A stretch of DNA of 64,000 nt, taken from positions 6,659,808 to 6,723,807 of the forward strand of contig CM082585.2 of NCBI GenBank assembly GCA_040954595.2. The letters run 5' to 3'. The DNA is from Balanoglossus misakiensis. Lineage: Eukaryota > Animalia > Hemichordata. Position numbers and translations under genes: made by a program. The notes under the pieces are model-generated. The model had not been told where the DNA came from and did not search any database. It saw only the letters and a program-made list of their open reading frames with translations. This document shows, piece by piece, positions 25,090 through 38,168 of the stretch. Position 1 is the first letter of the stretch. The number at the start of each line of letters is the position of its first letter.

Positions 25090-25714
25090 TAATTTCAATG
25101 AAGGGATGGCGACGGGGAAGGGACCATGGCCAGGGCGTGCCGGCCAAAATGCATCCACACACACGAAATGAAAAGTCCGATTCGGATGCTCCGAAAAGTC
25201 GAATTAAATCAACAAAAGTCGTTTGCGACAACTTCTCACGCATTATTTTTTCTTTATTCAGTGCAAAAATCATTTCAATCTTGTGAGTGCATGCATCATA
25301 ATGAGGTCTTCACAACTCGGCTAAATTGCGATCAACTGGTGGTTACACCTGGTTTCAAGTATATACACAGCATCACCGCGTCTGGCGTCGACGGGTTCAC
25401 AGTGCCTTAAGTTATTTTAGAAAACAAGCATTTGGAATTCGTCGCATTATAAAAGCTGTCGGGGTTATATTTTCTCTGTAGCCTCAGTATTTAGACGACC
25501 CCGTTATTGCTAAGCAAAGTCCGCTGAATCGTAAATATTCGGCAATTTCATATTGTGACACCGTGTTTATAGAGTTCACTAAGCTCCTCGTATCATAGCA
25601 GTTGTTCCCGGTGTAAAGTACCCAGATGTCGCCTGATCTGACAACGTACACGGAGCAGTTTATTTTCAACGACCGTCGTGTTCCCGTTATTTCCTTGCTT
25701 CTCGCTCCGACAAC

Positions 25715-26932
25715 ATGAAAAGACCGAGCGGGTTCCGTTTATTGGTCTACCTGTTTTTGACGTTCTCGTTTCTTTACGTCCTGATGACATTTCCGAGCGA
25801 CTTTGAGGTTAGGACGGAGAAGAAGACGACGTTGGCAGACTCTGGCTCGGGGAGAACGCTGGTAGAAACGGTGGCAGGCGTTGAAAACGGTACTGGGAGA
25901 ACGGAACAGGGTCGGGCAAATACCAGCAGCTCGGTTGATGACGTTCCTTCAGCCAGGAAAAAACTACCGAACGACCCAAATCCCCCGTCCAAAGATGATG
26001 GAGTTCGTGTCCTCATCCAATCCCGATTTCGAACCGGATCTACAATAACCGAGCGATACTTCACGAAGAACATCGAATTCTTCGGAGTACACGAACCAGG
26101 GGGTATGATACAACGAGATCTTGGTCTGCATATTATGCAGGAAAGCCGCCTTCAGCTGGAAACTATAAAGGATCAACTGTTGGGTTTTATGCACGATATT
26201 TTTCACTGTAATTTTTCGCACCATCCCTATTTTTTCTACGGTTTAAACAACATGCCATATTACCTGTTCAGGGCGTATTTAAACCGCATACAGAGACCGG
26301 TGACTGATGAAGTCATTTCGCCAATATGTCGGGCCAGGCCGCATAAAATCATCAAAGTGTGTCGCGTGTTCAGTATCTTGGAAACGGAGAGACTGATCCG
26401 GGAAGACAACGTGAAAGTCATATTTCTGGTGAGAGACCCGCGCGGTATGGCCGCATCCAGGATGGCGTTCACGAACTTCTACACGCCGGCGGAAAACTTC
26501 GACCAGGCCGCCGCGAAGAACGGAACGTTCCGACTCAACACCAGACTGGAAGAGGTCGTCCTGAACTACTGCGAGTGGTTGGAGGAGAACTACATCCAAC
26601 CTTCCAACATTCCCGACTGGTTGCAGGGCAGGTATCTGATGGTCCGGTACGAAGATATGGAGGCCAGGCGACACGAGATGGTGAAACTCCTCTACGACTT
26701 CGTCGGCGTGTCTCTACGCGACGACATCGTTGGTGAACTGGATAAGGGCAACAATGCTCAAAGATGGAGAAAATCTCTGGCCTTAGAAGAGGTGATTCGC
26801 GTGCAAGAACTGTGCGGAAAAGCAACGTTTGACAAGTTTGGATATAAGTTCACTGACAGCAAAGAGGAGCTTCTAGACTCAGATACAAGTCTGGTCGCAG
26901 ATTGGTTTGAAAACTCAGACAAACTTCCTTAG
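25715..26932 (+). CDS. Carbohydrate sulfotransferase (CHST-like), uninterrupted ORF, copy 2
   Basis: 405-aa ORF colinear with copy 1 (MKRPS start, RVLIQSRFRTGST, LVRDPRGMAASR, VQELCGKATFDKFGYKF), with a longer stem region. Confidence 0.9.
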   Translation: MKRPSGFRLLVYLFLTFSFLYVLMTFPSDFEVRTEKKTTLADSGSGRTLVETVAGVENGTGRTEQGRANTSSSVDDVPSARKKLPNDPNPPSKDDGVRVLIQSRFRTGSTITERYFTKNIEFFGVHEPGGMIQRDLGLHIMQESRLQLETIKDQLLGFMHDIFHCNFSHHPYFFYGLNNMPYYLFRAYLNRIQRPVTDEVISPICRARPHKIIKVCRVFSILETERLIREDNVKVIFLVRDPRGMAASRMAFTNFYTPAENFDQAAAKNGTFRLNTRLEEVVLNYCEWLEENYIQPSNIPDWLQGRYLMVRYEDMEARRHEMVKLLYDFVGVSLRDDIVGELDKGNNAQRWRKSLALEEVIRVQELCGKATFDKFGYKFTDSKEELLDSDTSLVADWFENSDKLP

Positions 26933-29314
26933 TTGTACAGCACTGGTCTGGACCAGTGTCTTCACGTCTTCGGTGTCTACAAATTTCTAAGTTTATTTAA
27001 CAAATATTGACCAGCAATTAATTAAACGAATGAAGACACGCCAGCTCACCTCCACTACCAGTCACTGACACAACACTGCCCTCTGTGTTGAACAAGTGGC
27101 ACGTATCCATAGCAACTAGCACTTACAAAATAAGCTCTGCCGATTAAACCAAACAAGCTGTTACCATTGTGATTTGTTGCTATGAAATGAATTTTATGGG
27201 AAACACGCATTTTACAGCTTTTCATAATCTATACTTGCGAAAATCCCAGAGAATGGCGAGTTTATAAGTGAAGGATTAAATTTTTAAATTTGTTTCCCCA
27301 CAAAACAGTCGTTACCTTTACATTATTTTGGTTAATATTTTATTTTGTTACGTTGTTACTCACTGTAACATGCCCACTCACTAAAACATGCCCAATGACA
27401 TCATGGTTCAATTTATATCATCTTTTGGTATTAATCATAATTATTTTTTACTGGTCAAACAGAAAGCTTGATTACGGTCCCAACTGGGACCTAAAAAGGA
27501 ACTACGAAGACACAAAACCTCTATTTAAATCTTAACTTTATTAGCTAAATAACATGTCAATCAAAACAATAATATATTCCAATGTCTGAAATCATTCTTG
27601 AAAAAACAGATTTATTTTGGATTTATGAAATGATTACATTTGTGAGCTGCTGACAAGAAAACCCACCCTCCCCCGAAATATTGTTCCCAATGTAACTTCT
27701 TCCAATCTTAATACTGGGGTCAAAGTCTCACCTCTTGTGTGAGGGCACATGACTGTGACGTATTGTCTAGTTAAAACCATATGATGTAAAGGAAAGCTTC
27801 AATTTTACAGAGAACCATGTACAAACAAATGTCAAGATCGCCACTTCTGACAGGTAATTAACCACGACAAACAGTCATTAACAGTGGAAATTCACAAACT
27901 CTAAAAAGGCTGACATAAGAATCAGGGTATACATTCACCAAAGAACAGTCACAAGTCACACTATTTGATACAAAAAACTTCAGTCACAATACAACGTGAA
28001 ATACGGGTGTAAACAACTGGGACTTTCAACACGAAGGTTGGTATGTGTACGGCTACACACATTTGCATAATATCGAGAAAATGTTCGGGAGTCTGTCTGA
28101 ATCTCCTCAGGATTGTCCATCAGGTCACCTGTGTGAGCTGACCACCCCTTATGTACAATGGAACGGCCTCCAGGGCATCAAATACAGTTGCACCATTTCA
28201 TAGACAAATGTGATTTGAAAGTATGGGATACGATGTATCTCTCTCATCTGTCTATATCTCTACAATTTTACCAGCATATTTCTCAGTTTTAGTTGAAGGA
28301 AAGTGAAGGAAAGTTTTGTATGCACATGTATGTAAAAAATCTTTCCAGCAAGTGTCTGTTTTGAAACGTGACTCATTCAGGATTGAGAAAATAAGTATTT
28401 ACAGTTGAACAGTAAGTTCTCAGAGGATATTTAACCTTTCAACCCTGACCCCCTGGCGACCTATGATGTCATCTCAGAAAAGGTGTTCAGTATAAACAGG
28501 GTTTGGTTTAGACTGGTTTTACTATAGTACATTTGGCTGGCTAGATCATGTTATTGGCCACTATGTACAGCCAGGCTGTATACAGCCATCAAGATAATCT
28601 GGAAATGATTGTTCATTGGTCAGTGAGAAAATTTCAATCAGAATAACTTCTACTACCCGACCTTGCATAAGTTCAAAAAGTGATGATGGCAGTAGACTCG
28701 GCATTTCAAAAAAAAAATATTTTAAATTCATCAATACTATTTCTAGTCCTGTGTACGAGGAAAAACTTATTACATTATTTACTAAAAAAAATTCTCCTGT
28801 AATTTATACAAAATACCCCTATCTTACTGGTTCCTGGGTCAAAGGTATCAACATGTTATCATGTTAGAATATATTTTATGAAATGTATTCTTTAGAAATC
28901 ATAATAAGCAGCTTCTTTAGTCTCACTGTTCCCCTTGCATGATATATGATATAAAGATGATGAAAAAAGTAACAGAAGCTAATATGACATGTAAAAAGTC
29001 ATACAAATTTAAACATGTGTATATATCTAAGAATGTGGTAACAAAGGGAAAAAGATGAAAAAGTAATATGTTCAACACGAAATTACTGCCGTTTTATGGA
29101 AATGTGAATAAATTTCTTAGCTTTATACAAAGCAATCATCATTTACATCGACAATGTTCATGAGATGACTTGTAACCCCCCCCCCAGCCCCACCCCACAA
29201 TCAAGACACCCCCTCCCCATTCCATCTCGTAAATGCTCGTTGAATAGCTCGAAGAACAGCACAGATTTGACTTCCCCACTTTCTGTCAAGTGTTTGTTTG
29301 GTAACCGATGACAA

Positions 29315-29392
29315 CACCGACGCAGCAAAGCCATCCAGTCTGTACATACAGTAGTCACTGCTTTCTGCACAAACTTTCATCAATCGTCGGCG
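29315..29392 (-). promoter_or_regulatory. SECIS element (type 2) of SELENOT
   Basis: Minus strand: helix I CGCCGACG/CGUCGGUG; core AUGAA...GGAU (AUGA at 29380-29377); helix II AGUUUGUGCA/UGUACAGACU; apical AAA followed by mini-stem GCAGU/ACUGU. It lies in the 3'UTR exon starting at 29446. Confidence 0.9.
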
Positions 29393-29760
29393 TTCGACAC
29401 TGGCTCCACGCAAATCATTGACAGCAATGGCCAAATCAAGTCCAACCTGAAAAAGAGAAGTAAAGACAAATTAATATACATGATCACTAATTTACATATG
29501 CCCATATTTGGTAAAAGGGGCATATCTAAGATTTTGAATACATATGTGATGGTGATGGTGCGCTTGTTCCTTTGCAAATGTCTGAGAAATCTGTCTTTGG
29601 CTAGATATCATTTTGTCATGGTAACTACATTGGAATTCGACAAATTAAAATTACAGTGCATGTTTTGACAGAATGCTCATTTTACTTATCTATGTTAATA
29701 TAACAAAAATTAAAAATAATTATGTAACTTACCATTCTTCGTGCTATGATGTGGCCTGAC

Positions 29761-31818
29761 TTAACTGGATCTGAAATTCATATTCAACTGGTTGTCCAGA
29801 ATTTGAAACAACTCGTTTGGCTGAGGTACTCGTCCAGACTCTAACTTGGACCAAACTTGCACATCTAGTGACAGACAAACCCAACAACACCATCAACTCA
29901 AGTACATAGATGTCATGTTTAGTCAGGTATCCCAAATCTTATCGCATCCCGCATTTCCTATAAAAGCATTAATGCTTCCCTGCATTTTAATTTGGCTACT
30001 TTTACTGATTGTTAAAACCCTGTGAAAATGTAAAATTACAATAGAGCATCACTTACCATTGAATGAAATCTCAAAGGCTCCTGTGGAAATCAACTGTGTT
30101 TCTACGAAATTAGTGATGAAAAATATCATAAGGCATGCATACATCTGGAAATAAAAGAGAAATATATATTGTGAGCATAAGTCAGAACTAAGACATGGAT
30201 GCATGGAGACAATAATTTTGATCAATCAGTTTGGACATCTATACAGTACAACAGTACTGTACCCGTACCGGTATATGTGCAGACTGTAAATCTCATCCAT
30301 ATTATGTGTAACAATGACAAGATTAACATTGAAATGAACGTTATTCAGCAGATTATCTTATCAGCACAATCAATTAACTGTACTTCCTCACAAATTATTA
30401 AATTGTAGAAATGAGTATAATCTGTTCCTGGTCACCTACCTTATTCTGTGTAGCATATGTCCACCAATTTGGTGTCTCTCTGTTGAGCATAGGGAAGGGG
30501 TCAATACCCGCCACGACCATTGCAATGATGGCAAGTTTGATCATGCTGAGGCCGTTGGCGACGTATTGCTTGATGGGATGAGGGGGGAAGTTCAGACCTT
30601 CGATCTGTACTCCGGGGTATTTTTGCCTCAGAATATTGGAATATTCTTCATAGAGGCGTTTGTACCCTCAGGAAATACTGGAAAATGAAAATAGAGAAAA
30701 AAAACAGGGCAGCACTGTTAGTGATGAAAATAGGAACCTCGTGTATAATAAACAGTGGAAACTATTCTTGGATAATGTATGTCTGCTGTTCATAAAGGTG
30801 GTACACGTACATCTGTAACATACAGGTTATCAGCTTAAAACACAACTGATCAATTCTCAATCAGGTCCCTTAATAGAAAACATTCAATTTTTAGGTGAAA
30901 TAGTTGACAAGGCAAGATTTTTACATAACTGTACACATATATGGGTCTTTTAGTTGTGAAAATGAATTGCTACAATGTAAATTTCAGGAAAAACATGGAA
31001 TAATCGTGATTACCACCAGAGAATATTCATTATTTATAGTTATACATCAGCTTGTTCACAGGAATACGAAACAGAAAGCTTAGCATGTCTGGGTTTGAAA
31101 GCAAATGCAAATGAACATCCTTTTAGTAACATGTGATTTTCATTCAGAATTTTAAATACCCCCAGCAACATGAACAAAGACTTTCAGTTTTACAGTCTCT
31201 TTCAGTTTGAAATTAAACCTTAGCTTACAGATTCCCGATTTAATTATATTGGAGTCAATAACTTTGTTCTAATTCCTTGATGAAACACCTTACATGTCGA
31301 AAGATATTCAATCAAGTTATTCATATCACGATTATAATACAGTGTTCATATCTAATTATAATCTAGATTTCAGCACGTTCTTCATTGGTTTTAACGTGCA
31401 TGTGTGGCTTTGAACGGATAGGATCTGTGACCCCAACTGTAAACAAGAATACCACAATCAGGTTCTGGTTGATGATCGTCGGGTCCGTTCACCTGTTTCG
31501 CGGACGTGGTTTCCTCGTCGACCGGTCGGACAGGGTACCGGGCGGCCGCGGCGTGACTATGCAGTCTTGTCTGCCTGAGTGCATGGAGTGTAGTATGTAA
31601 TGTACATGGATGCGAAGAAGTGCGTCACGTCCATGAATTGTTACCTACCAGTACATAAATCTAACGACAGGTCCCCCGAAGTGCTTCAGTTTCTTCACGG
31701 ATGCAAACTCTTGCTCCGCGCTGACGGAGTTTGATGACTGTGAAAGATCTCGCACCGTTGTAAAACTTAAATAAACCACCAAGAGGGCAACGAAGCCCAC
31801 TCTCCCAAACTCCGCCAT
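29761..31818 (-). CDS. SELENOT: Selenoprotein T (thioredoxin-like, CxxU motif), 4 coding exons, in-frame UGA = Sec
   Basis: Exons 31818-31649, 30677-30440, 30144-30057, 29864-29761. They translate to MAEFGRVGFVALLVVYLSF...RFMYC-ISUGYKRLYEEYSNILRQKYPGVQIEGLNFPP...QNK-MYACLMIFF..ETQLISTGAFEISFN-DVQVWSKLESGRVP. The TGA is at 30670-30668. Confidence 0.96.
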
Positions 31819-34800
31819 TTTGAAGCTCGTTGCTGAATATCCGGCGAGGGCGCTCTTTATATTGACCTGGCATCATTGACCTTTAATACGACTAGTTTGT
31901 CGAACTTTGCAAACCGTTTGCCCGACGGCCCTGGAAAGGTTGAAAATGTCTAGATCTTATACAAGTAACGAGAAAAATAGTTGACAAAACTAATCCTCTC
32001 AATATCCCGACGCAGAGGGACGACAACAATTTGAAGATTCTAAGCCTACTACGAATGTGCGCGTACCACGATAGTTGTCAGTGTATTCTTGCAGTATGAA
32101 GCTGATTAAACGGGCATGGCACCCACTATTTATCCAACTTGTTAACAACAACAACAACAACAACAACAATATTTGTTCGAGATACTATTATCATGATTAT
32201 GGCATTTAGGGAAATCGAGGTTCATTATGATATTTTTCTAACGCCCAAACTGACAAGAAAAAACAACTGCACATCCAAGTTCAGGGACATTCATTTCATG
32301 AGTCAAGTGCGCACTGTGTGATATGGACCATGACCGGCGGGTTCATGAACCGGAGCGTTCGGATCACCAATACACATCATAGGTATTTAGCATGCGAAAG
32401 CTTTTGATTTGTACTGTCAATCTGTAAGGGAAATGTTCACCTAATCAACACAATTTGTACTCGCATCACGTGACGTTATGTTTAGAATCTTGCGACCTTT
32501 CGTTTCCTGCCAGTATTTTCTTCTGTCATTACATGTACGTATACGTATTTGAATGCTTGCAAAAACCGTCGGGCAACATAATCACTTTAAATTCCATCGG
32601 AAACGTCGACGATATAATAGACGACAGTGTTCGATTTATGAAGACAGATTGCATACGTCAGCGACTTTTCACCCACTACTTCAGTCTCAAACGTGCAACG
32701 TAATCATTTTCATTTCATGTCATTTTCAATTTCTTCGGCTTTGTTTTCGATGTGACAATTGGGGATGTATGATCATATGAATGCTTTCAGACTGTTTAGT
32801 ACTAAGTTTAGTACTAAGCTAGATCTTGATTATTGTTTTCGTCTGATAGGCACCCCCAGACCGCCTCTGGCTAGCTCATTGCACTCAACATAGCAAGCGC
32901 TGCTGTAACTGATCAACAAGTTTCGGGAAATCAAAGGTCGTCGCCCAAACAACCAAATGATTACATCGTACATACGCGAGCTTATAATAATCTAATTGGA
33001 CTAATGTTTCAAAGCGGAAACTATCGATTGAAAGTGAAAATAGCCATTGATTTCCGACACCTGTTACTTGAGAAGGGCGCCCCCTATTAGTGAGCAGTGA
33101 AAGGTTTCATTGGATGCGTGGCACATATCAACTCGCGTTCGTCGACGCAATCCAGGCCTGTCATCAGCGTGTAACAGAGTGTTCCGCAGTATCTCCGACG
33201 GAAAGCGATATAATTGTCCCAGAATGGAGATAATACGACAGTGAGGTCAGTGGATCTTAGGAGAAACCGAACCGCTCCACACTGGGAAGGAAATTTCGGG
33301 GACTAGAATTTTTAGGAGGGCGTGAACCGTGGAAAAGGACTGCAGCGTCTGGCACACGGCTGGGCAGTGCGAGTGAGGAAGGCATCCGCGGCACAGACAC
33401 TTTCACAGCGGGGCGGGACATACGTTGTTTTAGTATTGTGTGGAATATATTACAGACATCGTCGACGCCCCGGACTCGACGAAAGGCGAACATATCGACA
33501 CACATGGTCAAGTCTCGTCAAGGTAAGATTAAGAAAAGATATAGCTACTCAACAATTATAACTCGATGGCAAGTATCGGAAGTGCCTTTAATACATACAC
33601 CAGACATTGCGAAATTTTTATCGTACATGGGCTTGCATTGAAGTCTCTGAATCGATCGTAGCATCGATTTTCTAAAGAAGAATATTCAAACCTGGTTGCC
33701 AAGATAGATAGGTTTGCCAGAACATGCCCCGGGAACATGCCGTTCTCGAAAACAGTGCCGGCATTTTCTTCGAGGTGTTGGAGGCCTTACACACCTTTTT
33801 GCGGGGCCTGAGTGTGCATAACAATTTTCTGCCGGACAAGGCCCTATTGTTCTGCCGTCGGCTGTATGTATGTCAGTGCACGACTACTCACTAGTTCGTG
33901 AAGGAGATGGTTAACATATGAAAAGAAAAAAACAACACAACGATTCTAAACACCGCGAATAAAACGCCTTCCTAAAGACGCCGGTTTAAATCTGCATGTG
34001 ACGTGAGATGAAACTTTGCGTGGAAAGTGTGGGTGTATAAATGACGTCGATTGTGTAGTATCTTCTAGGACGAAAGTCAGGCCACGGCGAGGCTATTCTC
34101 GTGATAAGAACACGACCCGTGCAGTACTGTTGTATTGTAATGTAAAGGAAGTGGTCTGAAGGTCGCTTCATTCATAACTAGCTTGAAGCACTACATAGGG
34201 ACTGGGGTCTCGAGCAAAGTGAACTTATAAACACCCGCGACCTTGCTATTGCACTGTTTGGGCGTGACGAGTATACGAGAAAACGATGGAAATCACAGGC
34301 CCTATTTATTTGACTGACCACAAAATGAGTTTGACGCGAACCCGTCACAACCTTAGCGGCACAAGCAAGTAAAGCGTTAAATGTTTTTTTTTGTTTACAC
34401 CACAAATAAGTTCATATACCATAAAACTGTAATTTCAAACCCGTGGCTATCTATTACATGCATGTCGCGTGAATACTGTCTATCGAGTTCAAGAATTTAC
34501 TACTGGTTGTAAACCTGTCTTTTTATGCGTTAGTATTATACAGAGAGGAGTGCGTATCGGGTTAAAGTAGGTCGCCCTGCTGATATCGTCGACACGAGGT
34601 AACTTACTGTAATATTACATGACAGTTTGTAGCAACATAATATCCGTGCTATCGCGTTGTAATATTTAATGCATGACGGAACGACTGGCTTAATGTTGAA
34701 GGGAATGTTTATAGCCGACACGTATTTGCAACCTTGTAAGGTCCTGATACGTGTACGCTCTCAGTTTGCATTGATACAAGAGATTATTCCGAGCTCGTCT

Positions 34801-37800
34801 CCAAGGTCCTTGGTCGACGTTGTGGGAATTCCGTATGTGCCCATCCTATTATTGTCTGTAGAGCTTAATTTGTGAAGTCCATTCTCATGGGTCATCTATT
34901 TTGCATATTGAGATCGTAGATGTTATCACTGACTAGCTCCCAGTTGTTTTATGTGATTTATTGAAGAAAGAAAAAACATTTTCAGTCCGAAATAAATATT
35001 TTTCCCGATCTGCTTCGCGGGTTTTAACCCATGTGTGGATTTTACCGAATATAACGTTTATTGATTGGCATAAGTTGAATTTTGTTTTCTAAATCCCTTG
35101 AGATTAATATGCTGTCTGTTGAGATATTAAAAAAAAGTAATCCGCGAATATTGATATATAGCGGTAAGAGCGTGAGAGAAATATCCGATTATGATTCTGA
35201 CGCGTGTGCGTGTGACCTTTACGCCCGTGATCGCCTTTCAGAAAAGGGTGCAAATTGTACAGGTATTAAAGTTGATGACATGGACACGCTAATGCGCTTT
35301 TCGCATTATTTTGTCTACCCGTTTGTCGTTACAAACCACAGCAGTAAATGCGCAATGAAAGGTTGAAGTCTGTGAAGTGTCGTTGACGTCTCGAACGATG
35401 TCAGTGGTTTCCATGTTTAATGTGAACTTTCCCCGCGGAATGCGCATCAAAGTTTATCCCCGCCCGAACGGACGGCGACATCTTGTCCCCATCAATCTTA
35501 ATCGTATATATCCCGTCCAAATGACATTCGCTATTTACCACGGCAAGTGATGACTTTAACGACCTTGGCGTCCCCCTTTGAAAAGTACAGTCGTTCTGTG
35601 CAAGCTCTATATATACTGTTCTAAATAACCACTTCAAGTTCGCTTGAACGTTCTTCGAGCTCGACAAACTTCCAAATGTTGGAATTCTCGCTTTCACTGC
35701 TGTGGGTCTCTTACGACAAGTCGTTGACTGACATTTCCACACGATTAACGAACGGCTATTGAAATCAAATAACACACCCACTGCAAACCGTGTTTCTTGA
35801 TTTGCCCAGAGACAGGAAATTAGAAATGAAGGGAGATACAATCATAATTTCAGTTACACCTTATCCCACTATGCACGTCAAGAGAGTCCCAGTGAAACCC
35901 TCAATGAATACAAAATTACCTGACAGGTAATCGAGGGAAATAATGAAACCTATTACCCTGGAGACGGAGGTATATGTATAGTGTAATTATCACTTCTCGG
36001 GAAATCACCGTGAAATGGACGTGTAATGTTATTCAAAGTACCCGACCAGGCAGAAGACGAATGGGTTTGCCTTTTTCAAGTACTGATCGCAATCATCTTG
36101 TCGGATGTAATGGTAGTGGCTTGTTGTGTGTATGGGGGGCTATAAAACTGAGTTAGATCCAGATTCGAAAGATATGTCATTTCTTGGTGTTCATAATCTG
36201 ATTCGAAAATTGAAATTTTTTATGCGAATTTAGCCCTAGGGTACTATTAATCGAGAAACAAGGTTTATGGGATATCGTTAATCGGAATACTTGATTTGAT
36301 TCCAGGAAAAAAAAAACAAATCTGTAAAATACAGAAAAATTTCACGCGCTTGGAAAATGTTAATCATATTGGACGACTTGCGAAAAATGTGGATAATGTT
36401 AAACTGTAACCAGCAGAACAAATGCATCATGTTGACTAGGGTTACATTACGTCATAATTTGTGCTCATCCGACAAGTGAAACACGTAATTCCTCTTAACA
36501 CACCCACAATGATATGTGTAAATACAAGGTCATCACTGACCTTATCTTTCGTTACATTTTTGTCGCCCTCGTTACAAAAACATCCTTTGCGTGGTGTTTA
36601 ATTTTAAGCAATCTTAAAATAAATACTATTTTCAAATGTAATCCCATATTGTTGCTAACTCTACATAATTATATGAATATGGAAACAATATTTGCGGTTA
36701 TTATGTTTTGCCTTTTATGTAAATTTGGGGTTACGCAGAGCAACGATGGCCGCACGATGACATGTATAATCACGTGATTAACCGTTTGCTCTTTTTCCCC
36801 TGATCCGTGAGCAGTTATGAATAATGCAGCCGTGTCTGTTGTAATGTGACTCGTTCACAGTGACATGAAGGCGCACTGATCAAAAATGACCTGTTTCAAG
36901 AATAGACTTGCCGATGAAAAACGCCCAAAATAATAAATACAATTAGCTTTTCACAGTTGACACTATATCGAATATCGTCATCACTCATGCACAGCTTTCA
37001 ATTTTGCCATCTCAGTTCTGACGTTTAACCTTGAATAAACGACCAGTTGCTGCCATTATCGTGACATCCATAGGTGTGAAATAATTTACATGTTTCAATG
37101 GAACATTTAAACACCATAATGGAAGCGTATAATTGCAGAACGTATCGCTTTGACATGCGCAAACGCAATTTAGCAGATCCGATAAATCAACGGGTACCGC
37201 CTCATAAAAATATTCAGTTCTATTTTAAAGGTACGCGAATTGTGAATTAGCGCATTTTCAGTGGTTATGTAATGTATTTGGATGTTTGAAAAACCGCAAT
37301 ATTAAAGAAAATACATAATCCAATATTGTTATACCTAAAGGAGTTGTGCGTGAACAGCTGAAATAAGAGTAACAAGCTCAGGCCATAGACTTACCTGCTT
37401 TATGGCACTGTGTCAATACAAACCAGTTTAAAAATTAAATACGCATTGTTTCATTTATTGATATTAACATTAATTGTATCTAATCGGACCTGCGTAAAAT
37501 GTTGTGTACAGTAGATCGTGTTAGTTTAAATACATCGTCGATGCGCATTGTTGAGAGAATGATATGCAGTCCAAATATTTCATTCGCGAAAATTGTCAGT
37601 GCTGTAATACCCCGACATAATATGTTTTCCCTAATGGCTCGTGGCAATTCGTCATTCAATGGCAGAGTAGATCTGAAAATGTAATTTCTATGTGCAGGAC
37701 AGAATTATGGAACCATGGCTTCGCTTTTAGACTTGGAGACTGTCAAATCGTCCATGGAGATTTATGGAGATCGCTCCCTAGAGTCACATTAATAAATAGG

Positions 37801-38064
37801 ATAATTGTATAACGCGTAGTATTTCGGACCTGGTATTATCACAGTCCCTCAAGGTGATAATGACACACCCACGTTTTGCATGATGTATGTGTAAATATGT
37901 AGGCGTGTACGGCGTTTCCAATGAGACAGGCCCATCAATAAATCGGAAAGATTTACAGATGATGGCCGGCAGTGGTAATGTTTATTCACATTAGGCCCTA
38001 TGGCACCTTATTTTGTCTCCAAAACAAAATCACCTTTTTTAAACACAGGCGTTGATAAAACTAG

Positions 38065-38168
38065 TGACACGAATGTATTAAACATAAATGTTGAACATGA
38101 CACGAATGTATTAAACATAAATGTTGAACATGACACGAATGTATTAAGCATAAATGTTAAACATGACA
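38065..38168. repeat. 33-bp minisatellite, about 3.1 copies
   Basis: Unit TGACACGAATGTATTAAACATAAATGTTGAACA repeated in tandem with no spacers. Confidence 0.92.

Noticed and set aside
35401-35841. 146-aa minus-strand ORF (also 41164-41583 and 63222-63701)
   Set aside because: No recognisable domain, splice context or codon bias; lengths compatible with chance.
38065-38168. 33-bp repeats of CRISPR-like length
   Set aside because: Head-to-tail with no spacers, no cas genes, eukaryotic context: a minisatellite.
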